Shown here: positions 52,663-63,127 of the stretch, piece by piece
Layout of the letters: each line of letters starts with the position of its first letter
Numbering within the stretch: position 1 is the first letter of the stretch
Source of the DNA: an uncultured delta proteobacterium
GTDB taxonomy: Bacteria; Myxococcota_A; Polyangia; Palsa-1104
Direction: 5' to 3'
Assembly (NCBI GenBank): GCA_963785725.1
Contig: CAWAWS010000002.1
Span: 160,001-224,000 of the forward strand
Length of the DNA stretch: 64,000 bases
Notes under the pieces: model-generated
What the model was told of the DNA's origin: nothing
The model's input: only the letters and a program-made list of their open reading frames with translations
The model's database searches: none
Program-made: the position numbers and the translations under genes

Positions 52663-53013
52663 CTACAGTCCGTATTTCAGGAGGTCCGCCAACGTCATGA
52701 ACAGTCCGTCGGGCAGATCGTCGATCTCGATCGACACCTGCTCCGCTCGGTCGCGGTCGAGCACGGCCAACCGCTCTGCATGGTAGCCCAGGCTGCCCGC
52801 GCCTGGCGGCGGCCTCCAGCCGGCGACATCGAGCGTGACCTCGACGCCGTCGCCGACGAAGGCCTGGCGCACCGCCGTCGGTTTGGCGGCAACAGCCGCC
52901 GGTGGGCGCGTCTTGACGCAGCCCGCGGCGACCGCCGACAGCGCCAGCCCATGACGAAGCTTTATGGGCGAATCATTGGCGTTCGCGTGTCGGTCGAGCT
53001 TGACGACGCGCAT
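52663..53013 (-). CDS. Possible small lipoprotein
   Basis: LALSAVAAG|C lipobox followed by protein-like sequence ending LLKYGL*; start unclear. Confidence 0.4.
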   Translation of the reverse strand: MRVVKLDRHANANDSPIKLRHGLALSAVAAGCVKTRPPAAVAAKPTAVRQAFVGDGVEVTLDVAGWRPPPGAGSLGYHAERLAVLDRDRAEQVSIEIDDLPDGLFMTLADLLKYGL

Positions 53014-53134
53014 GTCGGGGACCAGGCGGAGCGATCGGTCGATGCGCCGCGTATACAGGATTTCACGGCTGGCAGCCCCGGCAGTGCGACGCATCATCGC
53101 AGCCACACAGCCGCACGCGCGGCAAGAGGTGAAG

Positions 53135-53476
53135 ATGATTCGAACGATACTGAAGACGGCCAAGCTGGCAGCGGTCATCGTGGGATTGGCTCTGCCGGGC
53201 GCCGTATTCGCGCAAGCCGCGGGAGGCGCTGCGGCGAGTGGAGGCAAGGGTACGAGCGGGTCGAGCTCGCGCGGAGCGGTAGGCACCGAGCCGGGCACGA
53301 GCGAGACCGGCGAGACCGGAAAGACCGGCGCGACGCCAAAGTCGACCGGCAATAGCAGCGATACGACCAATCCCTCGGCGGAAACACCGACGACCCCGAG
53401 CGGATCGCCGGAGCCAGGCGCGAGCGGTAGCAAAGCACCGAGCGGCACGTCCGGCTCGAGCGGCACGACACCTTAG
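53135..53476 (+). CDS. Secreted low-complexity Gly/Ser/Thr-rich protein
   Basis: RBS GAGGTGA, signal peptide VFA|Q, disordered mature region. Confidence 0.7.
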   Translation: MIRTILKTAKLAAVIVGLALPGAVFAQAAGGAAASGGKGTSGSSSRGAVGTEPGTSETGETGKTGATPKSTGNSSDTTNPSAETPTTPSGSPEPGASGSKAPSGTSGSSGTTP

Positions 53477-53489
53477 CAGCCTCGCTTGA

Positions 53490-53517
53490 CCGGGCCGTCG
53501 GCGACGGCCGACCCGGG
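53490..53517. terminator. GC-rich hairpin between convergent genes
   Basis: GGCCGTC-ggc-GACGGCC stem flanked by CCGGG/CCCGG; no U-tract. Confidence 0.35.
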
Positions 53518-53562
53518 CACCGCCCGAACGTCGGTCGCCGCGCGACGCGCCCTGGTCAGCGC

Positions 53563-56500
53563 CTAATCGTCCTCGTCTGCCCCGCTCGCCCCGACGCCGC
53601 GCGCCGCGTCCGCCGCCTCGTCCTCGTCCTCCGACGGCTTGACGTCGAACCGCCGATGCGCCAGCACCAACAGCGCCGGCTGCAGCAGTCGCGGCAGAAT
53701 CGCCAGCAGCATCGAGCCGCCGATGACGACGATCGCCAGCGGCTTCTGCGTCTCCGACCCGATGCCATGCGACAGCGCCGCCGGCGTCAGACCCAACATC
53801 GCCACCAGCGTCGTCATGAGCACCGGCCGCAAACGCCGCTCGGCCGCCAACTTCGCCGCCTCTTCGATGCCGAGCTTATCGAGCTCGCGCAACCGCTGAT
53901 AATAGGTGACGACGATCAACGAATCCTGAATGGCGATGCCGAAGATGCTGATGAAGCCCATCGCCGCCGAGATCGAGAAGTTGACGCCGGTGATGCCGAG
54001 CGCGAGCACGCCGCCGGCGCAGGCGACCGGAATCGACAAGACGACGATCGCCGTGTCGATCCACGTTTTGACGGCGCTGAAGACCAAGAAGACGATCAAG
54101 AGCAGCGTCAGCGGAATGATGATGACGAGCCGCCCCATCGACTCCTTGAGCTCGTTGATCTCGCCGCCCCACTCCAAGTGCGTGTCGTAGGGCAGCTTCA
54201 CCTTCTCGGCGATCTTCTGCTGCGCTTCGCCGATCGTCGACTTCAGATCGCGGCCGCGCACCGAGAACTTGACCGGCGCGTAGCGCATGCCGTCTTCGCG
54301 ATAGATGACCGACGGCCCGTCCTCCTCGGAGATGTCGGCGATCTGGCCGAGCGGAATCTGCGAGCCGTCGGGCGACGCCACCGTGATCTGCCGAATCGCC
54401 GACACCGTCGAGCGGTTGGCCTCGTTCCAGCGCACGGTCAAGTCGAAGAACTTCTCGCCTTCGTAGACCGACGTCACCGTCTGCCCGCCGATCGCCGCCA
54501 GCACGACCGCTTCGACGTCGCCGGTGTTGAGCCCATAACGCGCGCACCGCAACCGATCGGGCACGATCTTCAAGCTCGGCTGCCCGAGCGAGCTGAAGAG
54601 GCCGAGGTCCTTGATGCCTTTGACCGTGCTCATCACGTCGACGATGCCGTTGGCCTTGTTCTCGTTGATGCGCAAGTCGGGGCCGATGATCTTGACCGAG
54701 TTCTCGCCTTTGACGCCCGAGAGCGCCTCCTCGACGTTGTCCGAGATCATCTGCGAGAAGCCGAAGACGATGCCCGGGAACTCCTTTTGGAACTCGGCGC
54801 TCAGCTCCTCGGTCAGCTTCTCTTTGGTCTGACCGCGCGGCCACTCGTCGAACGGCGCCAGCGGCGCGAAGAGCTCGATGTTGAAGAAGCCGGAGACGTC
54901 GGTGCCGTCGTCGGGGCGACCGAGCTGCGAGACGACGGTGACGATCTCTTTGTGCGAGCGCAAAATCGCGCGCATCCTCCCGACGTATTTCGACGACTGC
55001 TCGAGCGAGATCGACTGCGGCAACGTCGCGCGAATCCAGAAGTTACCCTCTTCCAGCTTGGGCATGAACTCGCCGCCCAAGAACGGGAAGATGCAGATGA
55101 CGATGAGCACCGGAAAGAGCGCCAACGTCGCCGCGCGTTTGGGCGCGCGGCCCGCGAAGTTGAACAGCGGCTGATACATCCGCTGCAACGCGTGCATGAC
55201 GAAGCTCTCTTTTTCCTCGAGATCGGGCGGCATGAACCGCTTCGACAAGGTCGGCGTCAAGGTCAGCGCCAAGAGAATCGCGCCGCCGATCGCGAAGGCG
55301 TAGGTGTGCGCCATCGGCGAGAAGATGACGCCCGAGACGCCGGTCATCGTGAACAGCGGCAAGAAGGCGACGCCGATGATGAGCGTCGAGAACGACATCG
55401 GCCCGCCGACCTCCGCCGCCGCCGACTCGATTCGCTGCCGCATCGAGCCGTGCCCGTGCGGTCCCAAGTGGCGGAAGATGTTCTCCATCATGATGACGGT
55501 GGAGTCGATGACGATGCCGAAGTCGACGGCGCCGAGCGAGATCAGGTTCGCCGGCGTGCCCGTGGTGACCATGCCGATGAACGCGATGAGCAGCGCCAAG
55601 GGAATGTTGATCGCCGTAATCAGCGCCGCTTTGGTGTGCCCCAAGAAGATGAAGAGCACGACCGTGACGAGCACCATGCCGACGAGCAAGTTCTCGAGCA
55701 CCGTGTGCGTCGTGACCTTCACGAGGTGGCCGCGATCGTAATAGGGCTCGATGTCCATTCCCGGCGGCAGCAAATGGAACTTGCGGATGTAATTGATGCG
55801 CTCGTAGATGCCCTCGAGCGTGTGCGGCGTCTCGCCGCCGTAGCGCATGAGGATGATGCCCTGGACGATGTCGGGATCGTCCTGGTCGACGCACTGGTGG
55901 CCGTCGTTGAGCGCGTGGGCTTCGTCGCAGGTGCGGAAGTCCTTGAACGCGTCCCACGAGCAGTAGCGCGGCATCTTCTCGGGCGACATGCAGCCCCATT
56001 TGCCGACGAGGCCGAGGCGTGGCGTGTAGCCGATGACGGTCTCGGCCACGTCGCGCACGCGGATCGGCACTTGCGCGCCCGACTTGTCCTTGGTCTCGGC
56101 GATGACGACGTTGCCGATGTCGCGCAGCGACTTGATGATGCCGACCGCGCGCACGGTGTACGACTGCTCGCCGATCGACAGGCGCTGCCCGCCGACGTTG
56201 GAGTTGGAGTTGGCGATGGCGGCGATGAGCTGCTGCAGCGTCAACCCTTGTCCGCGTAAGCGATAGGGATCGACCTCGACGTGATACTGCTTGGTCTGCC
56301 CGCCGTAGCTGGTGACGTCGATGACGCCCGGCACCTGCTTGAACTGCCGCTCGAGCACCCAATCTTCGGCGGTCTTGAGATCGCGCAGGTTGTATTTGTG
56401 CTCGGGCGTCGTGTCGACGAGCTTGTAGCGGAAGACCTCGCCGATGGCGTTCGTCGGTGACAACGTCGCCTGCACGCCGCCTTGCAGCGTCACGAACTGC

Positions 56501-56841
56501 AGACGATTGATGACCTCTTGGCGCGCGTCTTTATAGGCCGTGCCCCACTTGAAGTAGCACTTGACGTCCGACAGGCCGAACAGCGACTGCGAGCGAATAT
56601 GATCGAGCCCCGGCATACCCGACAGGCCGATCTCGATCGGAATCGTCACGTAGCGCTCGACCTCCTCGGCGCTCGAGCCGGGCGGCTGCGTGATGACCTC
56701 GACCATCGGCGGCACCGGATTCGGATAGGCCTCGATGTCGAGCTGCGCGTAACAATAAAGCCCGCCGATCACGATGACGAGCGCGATGGCGAACACGACC
56801 AGCGGCATGCGTAACGCCGCGGCGACCAGTTTCTGGATCAA
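53563..56841 (-). CDS. czcA: CusA/CzcA family heavy-metal RND permease
   Basis: IEAYP, RSQSLFGLS, ANLISLGAVDFGIVID, EFMPKLEEG, RLRPVLMT, GSETQKPLA; RBS GGAGG before TTG. Confidence 0.92.
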   Translation of the reverse strand: MIQKLVAAALRMPLVVFAIALVIVIGGLYCYAQLDIEAYPNPVPPMVEVITQPPGSSAEEVERYVTIPIEIGLSGMPGLDHIRSQSLFGLSDVKCYFKWGTAYKDARQEVINRLQFVTLQGGVQATLSPTNAIGEVFRYKLVDTTPEHKYNLRDLKTAEDWVLERQFKQVPGVIDVTSYGGQTKQYHVEVDPYRLRGQGLTLQQLIAAIANSNSNVGGQRLSIGEQSYTVRAVGIIKSLRDIGNVVIAETKDKSGAQVPIRVRDVAETVIGYTPRLGLVGKWGCMSPEKMPRYCSWDAFKDFRTCDEAHALNDGHQCVDQDDPDIVQGIILMRYGGETPHTLEGIYERINYIRKFHLLPPGMDIEPYYDRGHLVKVTTHTVLENLLVGMVLVTVVLFIFLGHTKAALITAINIPLALLIAFIGMVTTGTPANLISLGAVDFGIVIDSTVIMMENIFRHLGPHGHGSMRQRIESAAAEVGGPMSFSTLIIGVAFLPLFTMTGVSGVIFSPMAHTYAFAIGGAILLALTLTPTLSKRFMPPDLEEKESFVMHALQRMYQPLFNFAGRAPKRAATLALFPVLIVICIFPFLGGEFMPKLEEGNFWIRATLPQSISLEQSSKYVGRMRAILRSHKEIVTVVSQLGRPDDGTDVSGFFNIELFAPLAPFDEWPRGQTKEKLTEELSAEFQKEFPGIVFGFSQMISDNVEEALSGVKGENSVKIIGPDLRINENKANGIVDVMSTVKGIKDLGLFSSLGQPSLKIVPDRLRCARYGLNTGDVEAVVLAAIGGQTVTSVYEGEKFFDLTVRWNEANRSTVSAIRQITVASPDGSQIPLGQIADISEEDGPSVIYREDGMRYAPVKFSVRGRDLKSTIGEAQQKIAEKVKLPYDTHLEWGGEINELKESMGRLVIIIPLTLLLIVFLVFSAVKTWIDTAIVVLSIPVACAGGVLALGITGVNFSISAAMGFISIFGIAIQDSLIVVTYYQRLRELDKLGIEEAAKLAAERRLRPVLMTTLVAMLGLTPAALSHGIGSETQKPLAIVVIGGSMLLAILPRLLQPALLVLAHRRFDVKPSEDEDEAADAARGVGASGADEDD

Positions 56842-56854
56842 TGATCGCCTCCGG

Positions 56855-58000
56855 TTAGATCATGTTGAGGAGCTCGATCGCTCCCGAAGAGACCACGTGC
56901 TCGCCGCGATCGAGGCCGCTCTTGATGCCGACCCATTCGCCTTCGTCATCCTCGTCGATGGCGACGTCTTTGCGGATGAAGATGAGCTGCCCGTTCGGGC
57001 CGTGCATCGGCTGGCCCTTGTCGTCGCGCTTCTCGGCGAAGACGCACAGCTGATCGCCGACGCGCAAGACGGCCGAGCGCGGCACGGCGAGCGCCGAATG
57101 GCCCGCCGTGTAAATCGAGATCGTCGCGTACATCTCGGGCTTGAGCACGCGATCGGGGTTCAAGATCGTGCAGCGAACCTTGGCGGTGCGCGATGCGCCG
57201 TCGAGCGTGCCCGATACGTAGTCGACCTTGCCGTGGAACACTTTGTTGGGATAGGCGACGACGCGAACCGTGACATCCTGGCCGATTTGCACCTTCGCCA
57301 GATCCATCTCGTAGACGTCGGCCATCGCCCACACATCGTCGAGCTCACCGATCGTATACAGCTCGACCGGCGTGTTGCCCGAGTACGCACCCTGCACTTC
57401 GACGCCCGGATTGGCCGCGCGATAGACGACTTCGCCTTCGATGGGCGCCGTCAGCGTGTACTCCTGCGTCACCGTGTCGACGTTGCCGCCGCGCAACAGG
57501 CGCGCCTTCTTCTGCGCGCGCTCGAGCTCGGCCTTGGCCTTGAGCGCGTTGTCCTGCGCCGTCTCCATGTCGAGCTCGGAGCCGGCGTGCGCCTCGAACA
57601 GCTCCTTCTTGCGCTTGTAATCGTGATCGGCCGCGGTCGCGTCGGCTTGCGCCTTGGCCAGATCGGCGAACGCGCCGCCGACGTCGGGCGACAGGATGAC
57701 CGCCAACGGCGCGCCCTTCTTCACGCGCTGCCCGGGGTTGGCCAAGATCTTCGTCAGCCGTCCCGTCACCGGCGAGAACACGTGGGTGACGTGCGCGTCG
57801 TTGAACGCGATCTTGCCGCTCGCCGGAATGATGCCGCCGACCGGCCGATCGTCGATCGTCTCGATCTTGAGCTTGCGCGTCACCTGCTCTTGCGTCAGCC
57901 ACGCCTCGCCCGGTGGCGTCGTCGGCGTGACCGCGCCCTCCGAGTGCGACGAGCAGGCGCCGGCGAACAGCGCGCACAAAACCACGTTTTGCATCTTCAT
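56855..58000 (-). CDS. czcB: RND periplasmic adaptor (CzcB-like) lipoprotein
   Basis: Lipobox AGA|C, GQRVKKGAPL, APIEG, SRTAKVR, LKPEMY. Confidence 0.88.
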   Translation of the reverse strand: MKMQNVVLCALFAGACSSHSEGAVTPTTPPGEAWLTQEQVTRKLKIETIDDRPVGGIIPASGKIAFNDAHVTHVFSPVTGRLTKILANPGQRVKKGAPLAVILSPDVGGAFADLAKAQADATAADHDYKRKKELFEAHAGSELDMETAQDNALKAKAELERAQKKARLLRGGNVDTVTQEYTLTAPIEGEVVYRAANPGVEVQGAYSGNTPVELYTIGELDDVWAMADVYEMDLAKVQIGQDVTVRVVAYPNKVFHGKVDYVSGTLDGASRTAKVRCTILNPDRVLKPEMYATISIYTAGHSALAVPRSAVLRVGDQLCVFAEKRDDKGQPMHGPNGQLIFIRKDVAIDEDDEGEWVGIKSGLDRGEHVVSSGAIELLNMI

Positions 58001-59340
58001 CGAAGGTCCGTCCCCACTGCCTGCTCCAGCTGGAACACGGCGGTCCAATAATTTGCGAGATCCTGCAGATACTCGAGGTTGGTGGCGATGTACTGGCGCT
58101 GCGCGTCGAGCAGCTCGAGCAGCGACGCCGAGCCCTTTTGGTACTGAATGCCGACGAGATCGCGCGCCCGCGTCGCCCGCTCGAGCAGCCGCGTCTGCAT
58201 GCGATCGAGCAGCCGCCGCGTGCCGGCGAAGTTGTTGTAGGCGCCCTCGATGTCGCTCACGATCTGCGCTTCCTGCTTGGCCAGCTGCAGCTTTTGCGTG
58301 CGCGCGTCGGCTTCGGCTTTGCGAATCTCGCCGCCTTGGAAATAGAAGATCGGCAACGTGCCGCCGATCCCGAAGCTCAAGGTCGGCGGCTGCGCGGCGG
58401 CCGAATCCGTGCCCGTCTGCTGCGAATAGCCGACGTTGATGTTGAGATCGGGAAAGAGGAGCCGCTTGGCCAACGACAGCGACGCCTGCGCGCGGTCGCG
58501 CTGCGCCTGCTGCGCGCGCAAGTCGGGGCGCGTCTTGATGGCCTCGTCGTACAAGGACGCCGTCGTCGCCACCGCCAGCCGCGGCGGCACGACGAACTTC
58601 GGCAGATCGGGCTCGACCTTGAAATCGGGGACCGAGCCGCGCACGCCGAGCAAGAACGCCAGGCCGACTTTGGCGCCGCGCAGCTGCTGCGCCGCCGAGT
58701 CGACCGCCTGATCGGCCTCCAGCTTCGCCGTCTCGATCTTGGCCTCGTCGGCTTCCGAGATCGCGCCCTTCTCGTAGCGCAGCTTGGTCAGCTCGAACGT
58801 CTGCGTCGACGTCTTCTGCACTTCGAGCGCGAAGTCGAGCGAATCGCGCGCCTGCACGGCTTGGATGTACTGCTGCTTGACCTGGAACTCGAGCGTGCGC
58901 TGCGTGTCGGCGCGGTTGAGCTTGATGGCCGTCAATGCCGCGCGCGCCACGCGCAACCGGAGGCCGCGCTTGCCCGACAGCGTGTCCTCGAGCGCGTTGG
59001 AGTCGCTCAACGTCGCCGTCGCGCCCCACGGGCTGCAGTTCGTCGGCTTCACGCCCATGTTGGCGGAACAGATGCCTTGATTGCCGGCGCCGTAGGCGAA
59101 CGAGTAGTTGCCGTCGAGCGAGAAGCTCGGGTTCGGAATCGCCCCGGCGACTTTGACGTCACCTTCCGCGCCGTAGACTGCGGCATCCGCGATCAAGAGG
59201 TCGTAGCCGCGCTGCCGGAAGATCTTCAAAGCATCTTCGAGCGTGAGCATGTCCGGGAGCGCGACGGGTGGAGGCGGCTCGACATCGCCAAAGGCAGTCG
59301 AAGCAACCAGCAAAGTGAGGACAGCAAGCACAGGGCGCAT
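57997..59340 (-). CDS. czcC: TolC/CzcC family outer membrane protein
   Basis: Signal peptide, IPNP, RPDL, YQKGSASLLELLDAQR; first gene of the CBA operon. Confidence 0.88.
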   Translation of the reverse strand: MRPVLAVLTLLVASTAFGDVEPPPPVALPDMLTLEDALKIFRQRGYDLLIADAAVYGAEGDVKVAGAIPNPSFSLDGNYSFAYGAGNQGICSANMGVKPTNCSPWGATATLSDSNALEDTLSGKRGLRLRVARAALTAIKLNRADTQRTLEFQVKQQYIQAVQARDSLDFALEVQKTSTQTFELTKLRYEKGAISEADEAKIETAKLEADQAVDSAAQQLRGAKVGLAFLLGVRGSVPDFKVEPDLPKFVVPPRLAVATTASLYDEAIKTRPDLRAQQAQRDRAQASLSLAKRLLFPDLNINVGYSQQTGTDSAAAQPPTLSFGIGGTLPIFYFQGGEIRKAEADARTQKLQLAKQEAQIVSDIEGAYNNFAGTRRLLDRMQTRLLERATRARDLVGIQYQKGSASLLELLDAQRQYIATNLEYLQDLANYWTAVFQLEQAVGTDLR

Positions 59341-59626
59341 TTTGAGGACTCGGGCCAGACGCAGCAGCGATATATTTTATTCTACTTAGTCGGGGATTTC
59401 CTACGGGTTTCTTGGTGAATGGCTTTGCAGGCAAGAGTCCCGTAAGTCGGTTGTTGGTTCCTATAATGACGCAATCGGACGCAAAAGAGTTCCCGCAAGG
59501 GGCGATCGATGCCGCGACTTCTATGCCCGCTTCGATAAGTGCGCGCACTTCGTCAGGTCGACACCCGGCGGCCAGGTCAGCTACTGGACTTGACGGAGCC
59601 GCACCCCGGAACGATGCTCTCCTACC

Positions 59627-60058
59627 ATGAAATCATTGCGCTGGATGAGAGCGAGCACGCTCGGCCTCGTGCTCCTGTGCGGGAGCTCGGCGCTGGCGAA
59701 TCAGGAGGCGGAGGACTTGAAGCGGCAGATCGAGTCGCAGCGAGCCGCCGTCTCCGATCTCGATCGGCTCGACGATCGTCACTTGGTGACCGATGACATC
59801 ACGCTGCTCAAGACGTGGCTCGACGAAGCCTGGAGCCAATATTCGAAAGAGGAATGGAAGCGCGTGCGTGAGGACGTCGATCGCTGCATCGCGCAGGCGG
59901 AGCTGATTCGCCAGCGCATCACGGCCGCGAAGATGACGGCCTACGCGAACGACAAAGAGGCGCAGGTCAAGGCCACGCGCGACAAGATCGAGCGCACCAA
60001 ACGCACCCTCCTCGACGCGCAATCGACCAAGAAGGCGCTGGAGATGAACAGCAAATGA
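59627..60058 (+). CDS. Secreted coiled-coil protein
   Basis: Signal peptide ALA|N; all-helical; ATGA overlap with the OmpA gene. Confidence 0.75.
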   Translation: MKSLRWMRASTLGLVLLCGSSALANQEAEDLKRQIESQRAAVSDLDRLDDRHLVTDDITLLKTWLDEAWSQYSKEEWKRVREDVDRCIAQAELIRQRITAAKMTAYANDKEAQVKATRDKIERTKRTLLDAQSTKKALEMNSK

Positions 60059-61221
60059 CGCGCATGTCGCCGACCAAGAAGACGCTGAGCACGATGTGGC
60101 TGGCGCTGCCGCTGGCGATCTCCGCGTGCGCAACGCCACCCAAGCCGAACGAGCTGGAAGGCTTCGAGCACCTGAAGCAGTCGCCCAACTACGCGGCGGC
60201 GCAAAGGCGGCAGCCGGAGCTGGTGGCCGACTCCGAGCGGCTGTTCACCAAGTCGCAGGACGAGTGGCGCGACAACTCGCTCGAGGATTCGCGGCGCGAC
60301 GCGCTCATGGGCTCGATCAAGCTCAAGACGGCGCTGGCGCTCGTCGAGTACGACCAGTCGAAGGCGCGCGCCGATCGCTCGGTGGCGGACCAGCGCGTGG
60401 TCGACGACGAGTACCTGCGCGTCAACAAAGACTTGCAGGCGACGAACGAGTCGATCGCGCTCCTGCAGCGGCTGAAGGACAACTCGTCGGCGGCGCAGCA
60501 GCAGCAGGAGAAGCTGCAGCGCGAGCTGGCGGCGCAAGGCGCGTCGGCGCAGGCGCGCGACAAGATCGGCGCCGCGGAGTTGGCGATCAAAGGCGCCGAC
60601 GGCGTGAACGCGGCCGAGTACGCCAAAGTGGAATATCAGAGCGCGCAGGACACGTTGGCGCGGGCGCAGACGCTGTTCAAGGCGGGCGACTTCGCGATGG
60701 CGGCGCAGACGGCGGACGCGGCGCACGATCAGGCGACGCGCGCGCTGCAGACGGCGAAGCCGACCTATGACCAGCAGCAGTCGTCGCAGTCGTCGCAGGC
60801 GCGGAACGAGGCGCTGGTGCGCGATCTGTCGGGCATTCCCGGCGTGCAGGTGCGCGTCGATCGCCGCGGCGACGTCGAGCGCGCGGCGGTGCCGGTGCGC
60901 GGCCTGTTCCTGCGCAAGTCGACGACGATCACGCCGGGCTCGGACTCGGTGCTCGACAGCTTGGCGACGGTCATGAAGAAGTATCCGACGTACAGCCTGC
61001 TCGTCGTCGGCTACACCGACAGCCGCGGCAGCCGCCCGTCGCTGCTGGCGCTGTCGCAGGCGCGGGCGACGGCGGTTTACTCGGGGCTGATCTCGCGCGG
61101 CGTCGAGGCCAAGCGCATGGTCGTCAGCGGCAACGGCGCCGACGAGCCCGTCTCGGAGAACCGCACGACCGCCGGCCGCGCGCTCAACAACCGCGTCGAA
61201 ATCATCTTCATCTATCAATAG
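60055..61221 (+). CDS. OmpA-family peptidoglycan-binding lipoprotein with DUF4398-like helical domains
   Basis: Lipobox ISA|C; VGYTDSRG, LSQARA, GRALNNRVEI. Confidence 0.88.
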   Translation: MTRMSPTKKTLSTMWLALPLAISACATPPKPNELEGFEHLKQSPNYAAAQRRQPELVADSERLFTKSQDEWRDNSLEDSRRDALMGSIKLKTALALVEYDQSKARADRSVADQRVVDDEYLRVNKDLQATNESIALLQRLKDNSSAAQQQQEKLQRELAAQGASAQARDKIGAAELAIKGADGVNAAEYAKVEYQSAQDTLARAQTLFKAGDFAMAAQTADAAHDQATRALQTAKPTYDQQQSSQSSQARNEALVRDLSGIPGVQVRVDRRGDVERAAVPVRGLFLRKSTTITPGSDSVLDSLATVMKKYPTYSLLVVGYTDSRGSRPSLLALSQARATAVYSGLISRGVEAKRMVVSGNGADEPVSENRTTAGRALNNRVEIIFIYQ

Positions 61222-61279
61222 CCGGCAACAGCCTGGCAGTCGCAGTAGCCCCGAGCCATTGTCGCCGTAGAGGTTGCCG

Positions 61280-63127
61280 ATGAAGCGCGCGGCCTTCGCC
61301 TTATTGGTCCTGTTGGCGCTGGTTGCGGCGCTGCTCTTTCGTCGTCATGCCCAACAGCGAGCCGCGCAAGCGGCAGCCGCGGTCGCCGCGACGGTGCCGC
61401 GCGCGCCGACACGACCGCGCGCCGGCGATCGCGACGGTGACCGGCCGCGGCCGTTGCGGCTGTCGGCGGCGACCGCCACCGCCGTCGACGCGGCCGCGGC
61501 GGCGCTCGGCGGCCGCGTGCTGTCGACGGCCGACGGCAAGCCGGTGCCGCAGGCGCAGCTGACGTTCTTGCACGGCGGCGCCGCGCTGTCGGTCGAGAGC
61601 GACGCCGCCGGCAAATTCGCCATCGCGCCCGCGCCGGCCGGCGCCTACGAGCTGACGGCGGCCTTGGCCGACGGCTTCGTCGCCTTCGAGCCGCAGCTCG
61701 GCCACAGCCCGCTCGTCATCTTCGCGCGTGCCGGTGTGCGCATCGACGACGCCAACATCTACCTCACGCCGACGCTGCCGATGACGGTGCACGTGCGCGA
61801 CGGCGAGAATCATCCGCTGGCGGCCGTGGCGCTGCGGGCGATCTCGTCGAGCGGCCGCGCGGCGCCGGGCGCGAGCGTCATCAGCGACGACAAAGGCGAC
61901 GCGCGCGTCAGCGCCGAGCCCGACGGCATCATCGAGGCCACCAAGGTCGGCTACAAGCGCGCGCGGCAGCGCATCAGCTACGCCATGCAGACGACGCACA
62001 CGATGACGCTGACGCTGACCCGCGGCACGGACGCGCCGTTGGCGACGATCGCCGGCCGCGTCGTCGACGCGCGCGGCCAGCCAGTCGACGGCGCGCTCGT
62101 CGAGGGCTGGCCGTCGCGCCGCGCCGACAACGCGCCCGATCGCACGCAGACGCTGAGCGGCGCCGACGGCCGCTTCGTGCTCGCCGACTTGGAGGGCGCG
62201 CGCTTCGGCGTCCGCGCCAGCGCCCGCGGCCTCGGCAGCGCCCAAGCCAGCGACGTCGCCGCCGACACGCGCGACCTCGAGCTCACGCTGCGCGCGCCCG
62301 CGGCCGGCTTGCGCGGCGTCGTCCGCGACACGCACGACCATCCGGTCACGGCGTTCTCGATCGTCGCGTGGCCGCGCGTCGGGCTCTTCGGCCGCGGTCA
62401 CGAGGTCAGCGCCGCCGTCGTCGACGCCGAAGGGCGCTATCAGCTCGAGCTGCCGCCCGGCAGCTACGACGTGCGCGTCGCCGCCAACGGCTTCGCCACG
62501 TCGGACCAGCGCGCCGTCACCGTCGCCGACGAGACCGTCAGCGCCGACTTCCAGCTGACGCGCGGCGGGCGCATCACGGGACGCGTCACCGATCGACAGA
62601 CGGGCGCGCCCATCGCCGGCGCCAACGTCGCCATCGAAGGCGACGGCGCCGGCGCCATCGCCTTCGCCACCGACAACTCGACCGGCGCCGACGGCAGCTT
62701 CCGCGTCGACGGCGTCGGCGACGGCGCGCACTCCATCGCCGTCCAAGCCGAGGGCCACGACGGCCGCATCGTCTCCGGCCTGCGCGTCCCCGTCGACGGC
62801 GAGCTCGGCCCGCTCAGCATCGACCTGCAGGCGACGGCGCCGGGCGAAGATCCGAAGACCGAGCTCGTCGGCATCGGCGCCATCCTCAACGCCGACCCAG
62901 CGGGCATGATCGTCGTGCAGGTCATGCCCGGCGGCGGCGCGGCCGGCGCCGGCATCCTCGTCGGCGATCGCGTCACCGCCATCGACGGGCAGTCGGTCGA
63001 CCAAATGGGCTTCGGCTCGGCCATCCAGCTCATCCGCGGCCCTGAAAATAGCGTAGTCAGCCTCACCGTCGACCGCGCCGGCACCCTCGCCGTCGTTCCC
63101 GTCGTCCGCAAGCGCATCACGACCTAG
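61280..63127 (+). CDS. Membrane-anchored protein with carboxypeptidase-regulatory-like (Cna-B) repeats and C-terminal PDZ
   Basis: N-terminal TM; repeats GRV(V/L/T)..GxP(V/I)xGA; PDZ VGIGA...GDRVTAIDG...IRGPENS. Confidence 0.85.
   Translation: MKRAAFALLVLLALVAALLFRRHAQQRAAQAAAAVAATVPRAPTRPRAGDRDGDRPRPLRLSAATATAVDAAAAALGGRVLSTADGKPVPQAQLTFLHGGAALSVESDAAGKFAIAPAPAGAYELTAALADGFVAFEPQLGHSPLVIFARAGVRIDDANIYLTPTLPMTVHVRDGENHPLAAVALRAISSSGRAAPGASVISDDKGDARVSAEPDGIIEATKVGYKRARQRISYAMQTTHTMTLTLTRGTDAPLATIAGRVVDARGQPVDGALVEGWPSRRADNAPDRTQTLSGADGRFVLADLEGARFGVRASARGLGSAQASDVAADTRDLELTLRAPAAGLRGVVRDTHDHPVTAFSIVAWPRVGLFGRGHEVSAAVVDAEGRYQLELPPGSYDVRVAANGFATSDQRAVTVADETVSADFQLTRGGRITGRVTDRQTGAPIAGANVAIEGDGAGAIAFATDNSTGADGSFRVDGVGDGAHSIAVQAEGHDGRIVSGLRVPVDGELGPLSIDLQATAPGEDPKTELVGIGAILNADPAGMIVVQVMPGGGAAGAGILVGDRVTAIDGQSVDQMGFGSAIQLIRGPENSVVSLTVDRAGTLAVVPVVRKRITT

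Noticed and set aside
59367..59392. CGATATATTTTATTCTACTTAGTCG resembles a ModE box
   Set aside because: It lies before czcC, not modA, the right arm is poor, and it is adequately explained as an AT-rich -10 region.
59425..59530. GGACGCAAAA and a CCC-GCAA-GGG hairpin reminiscent of a c-di-GMP-I riboswitch
   Set aside because: The upstream GGCAAAC/GNRA stem and the downstream P3 elements could not be found.
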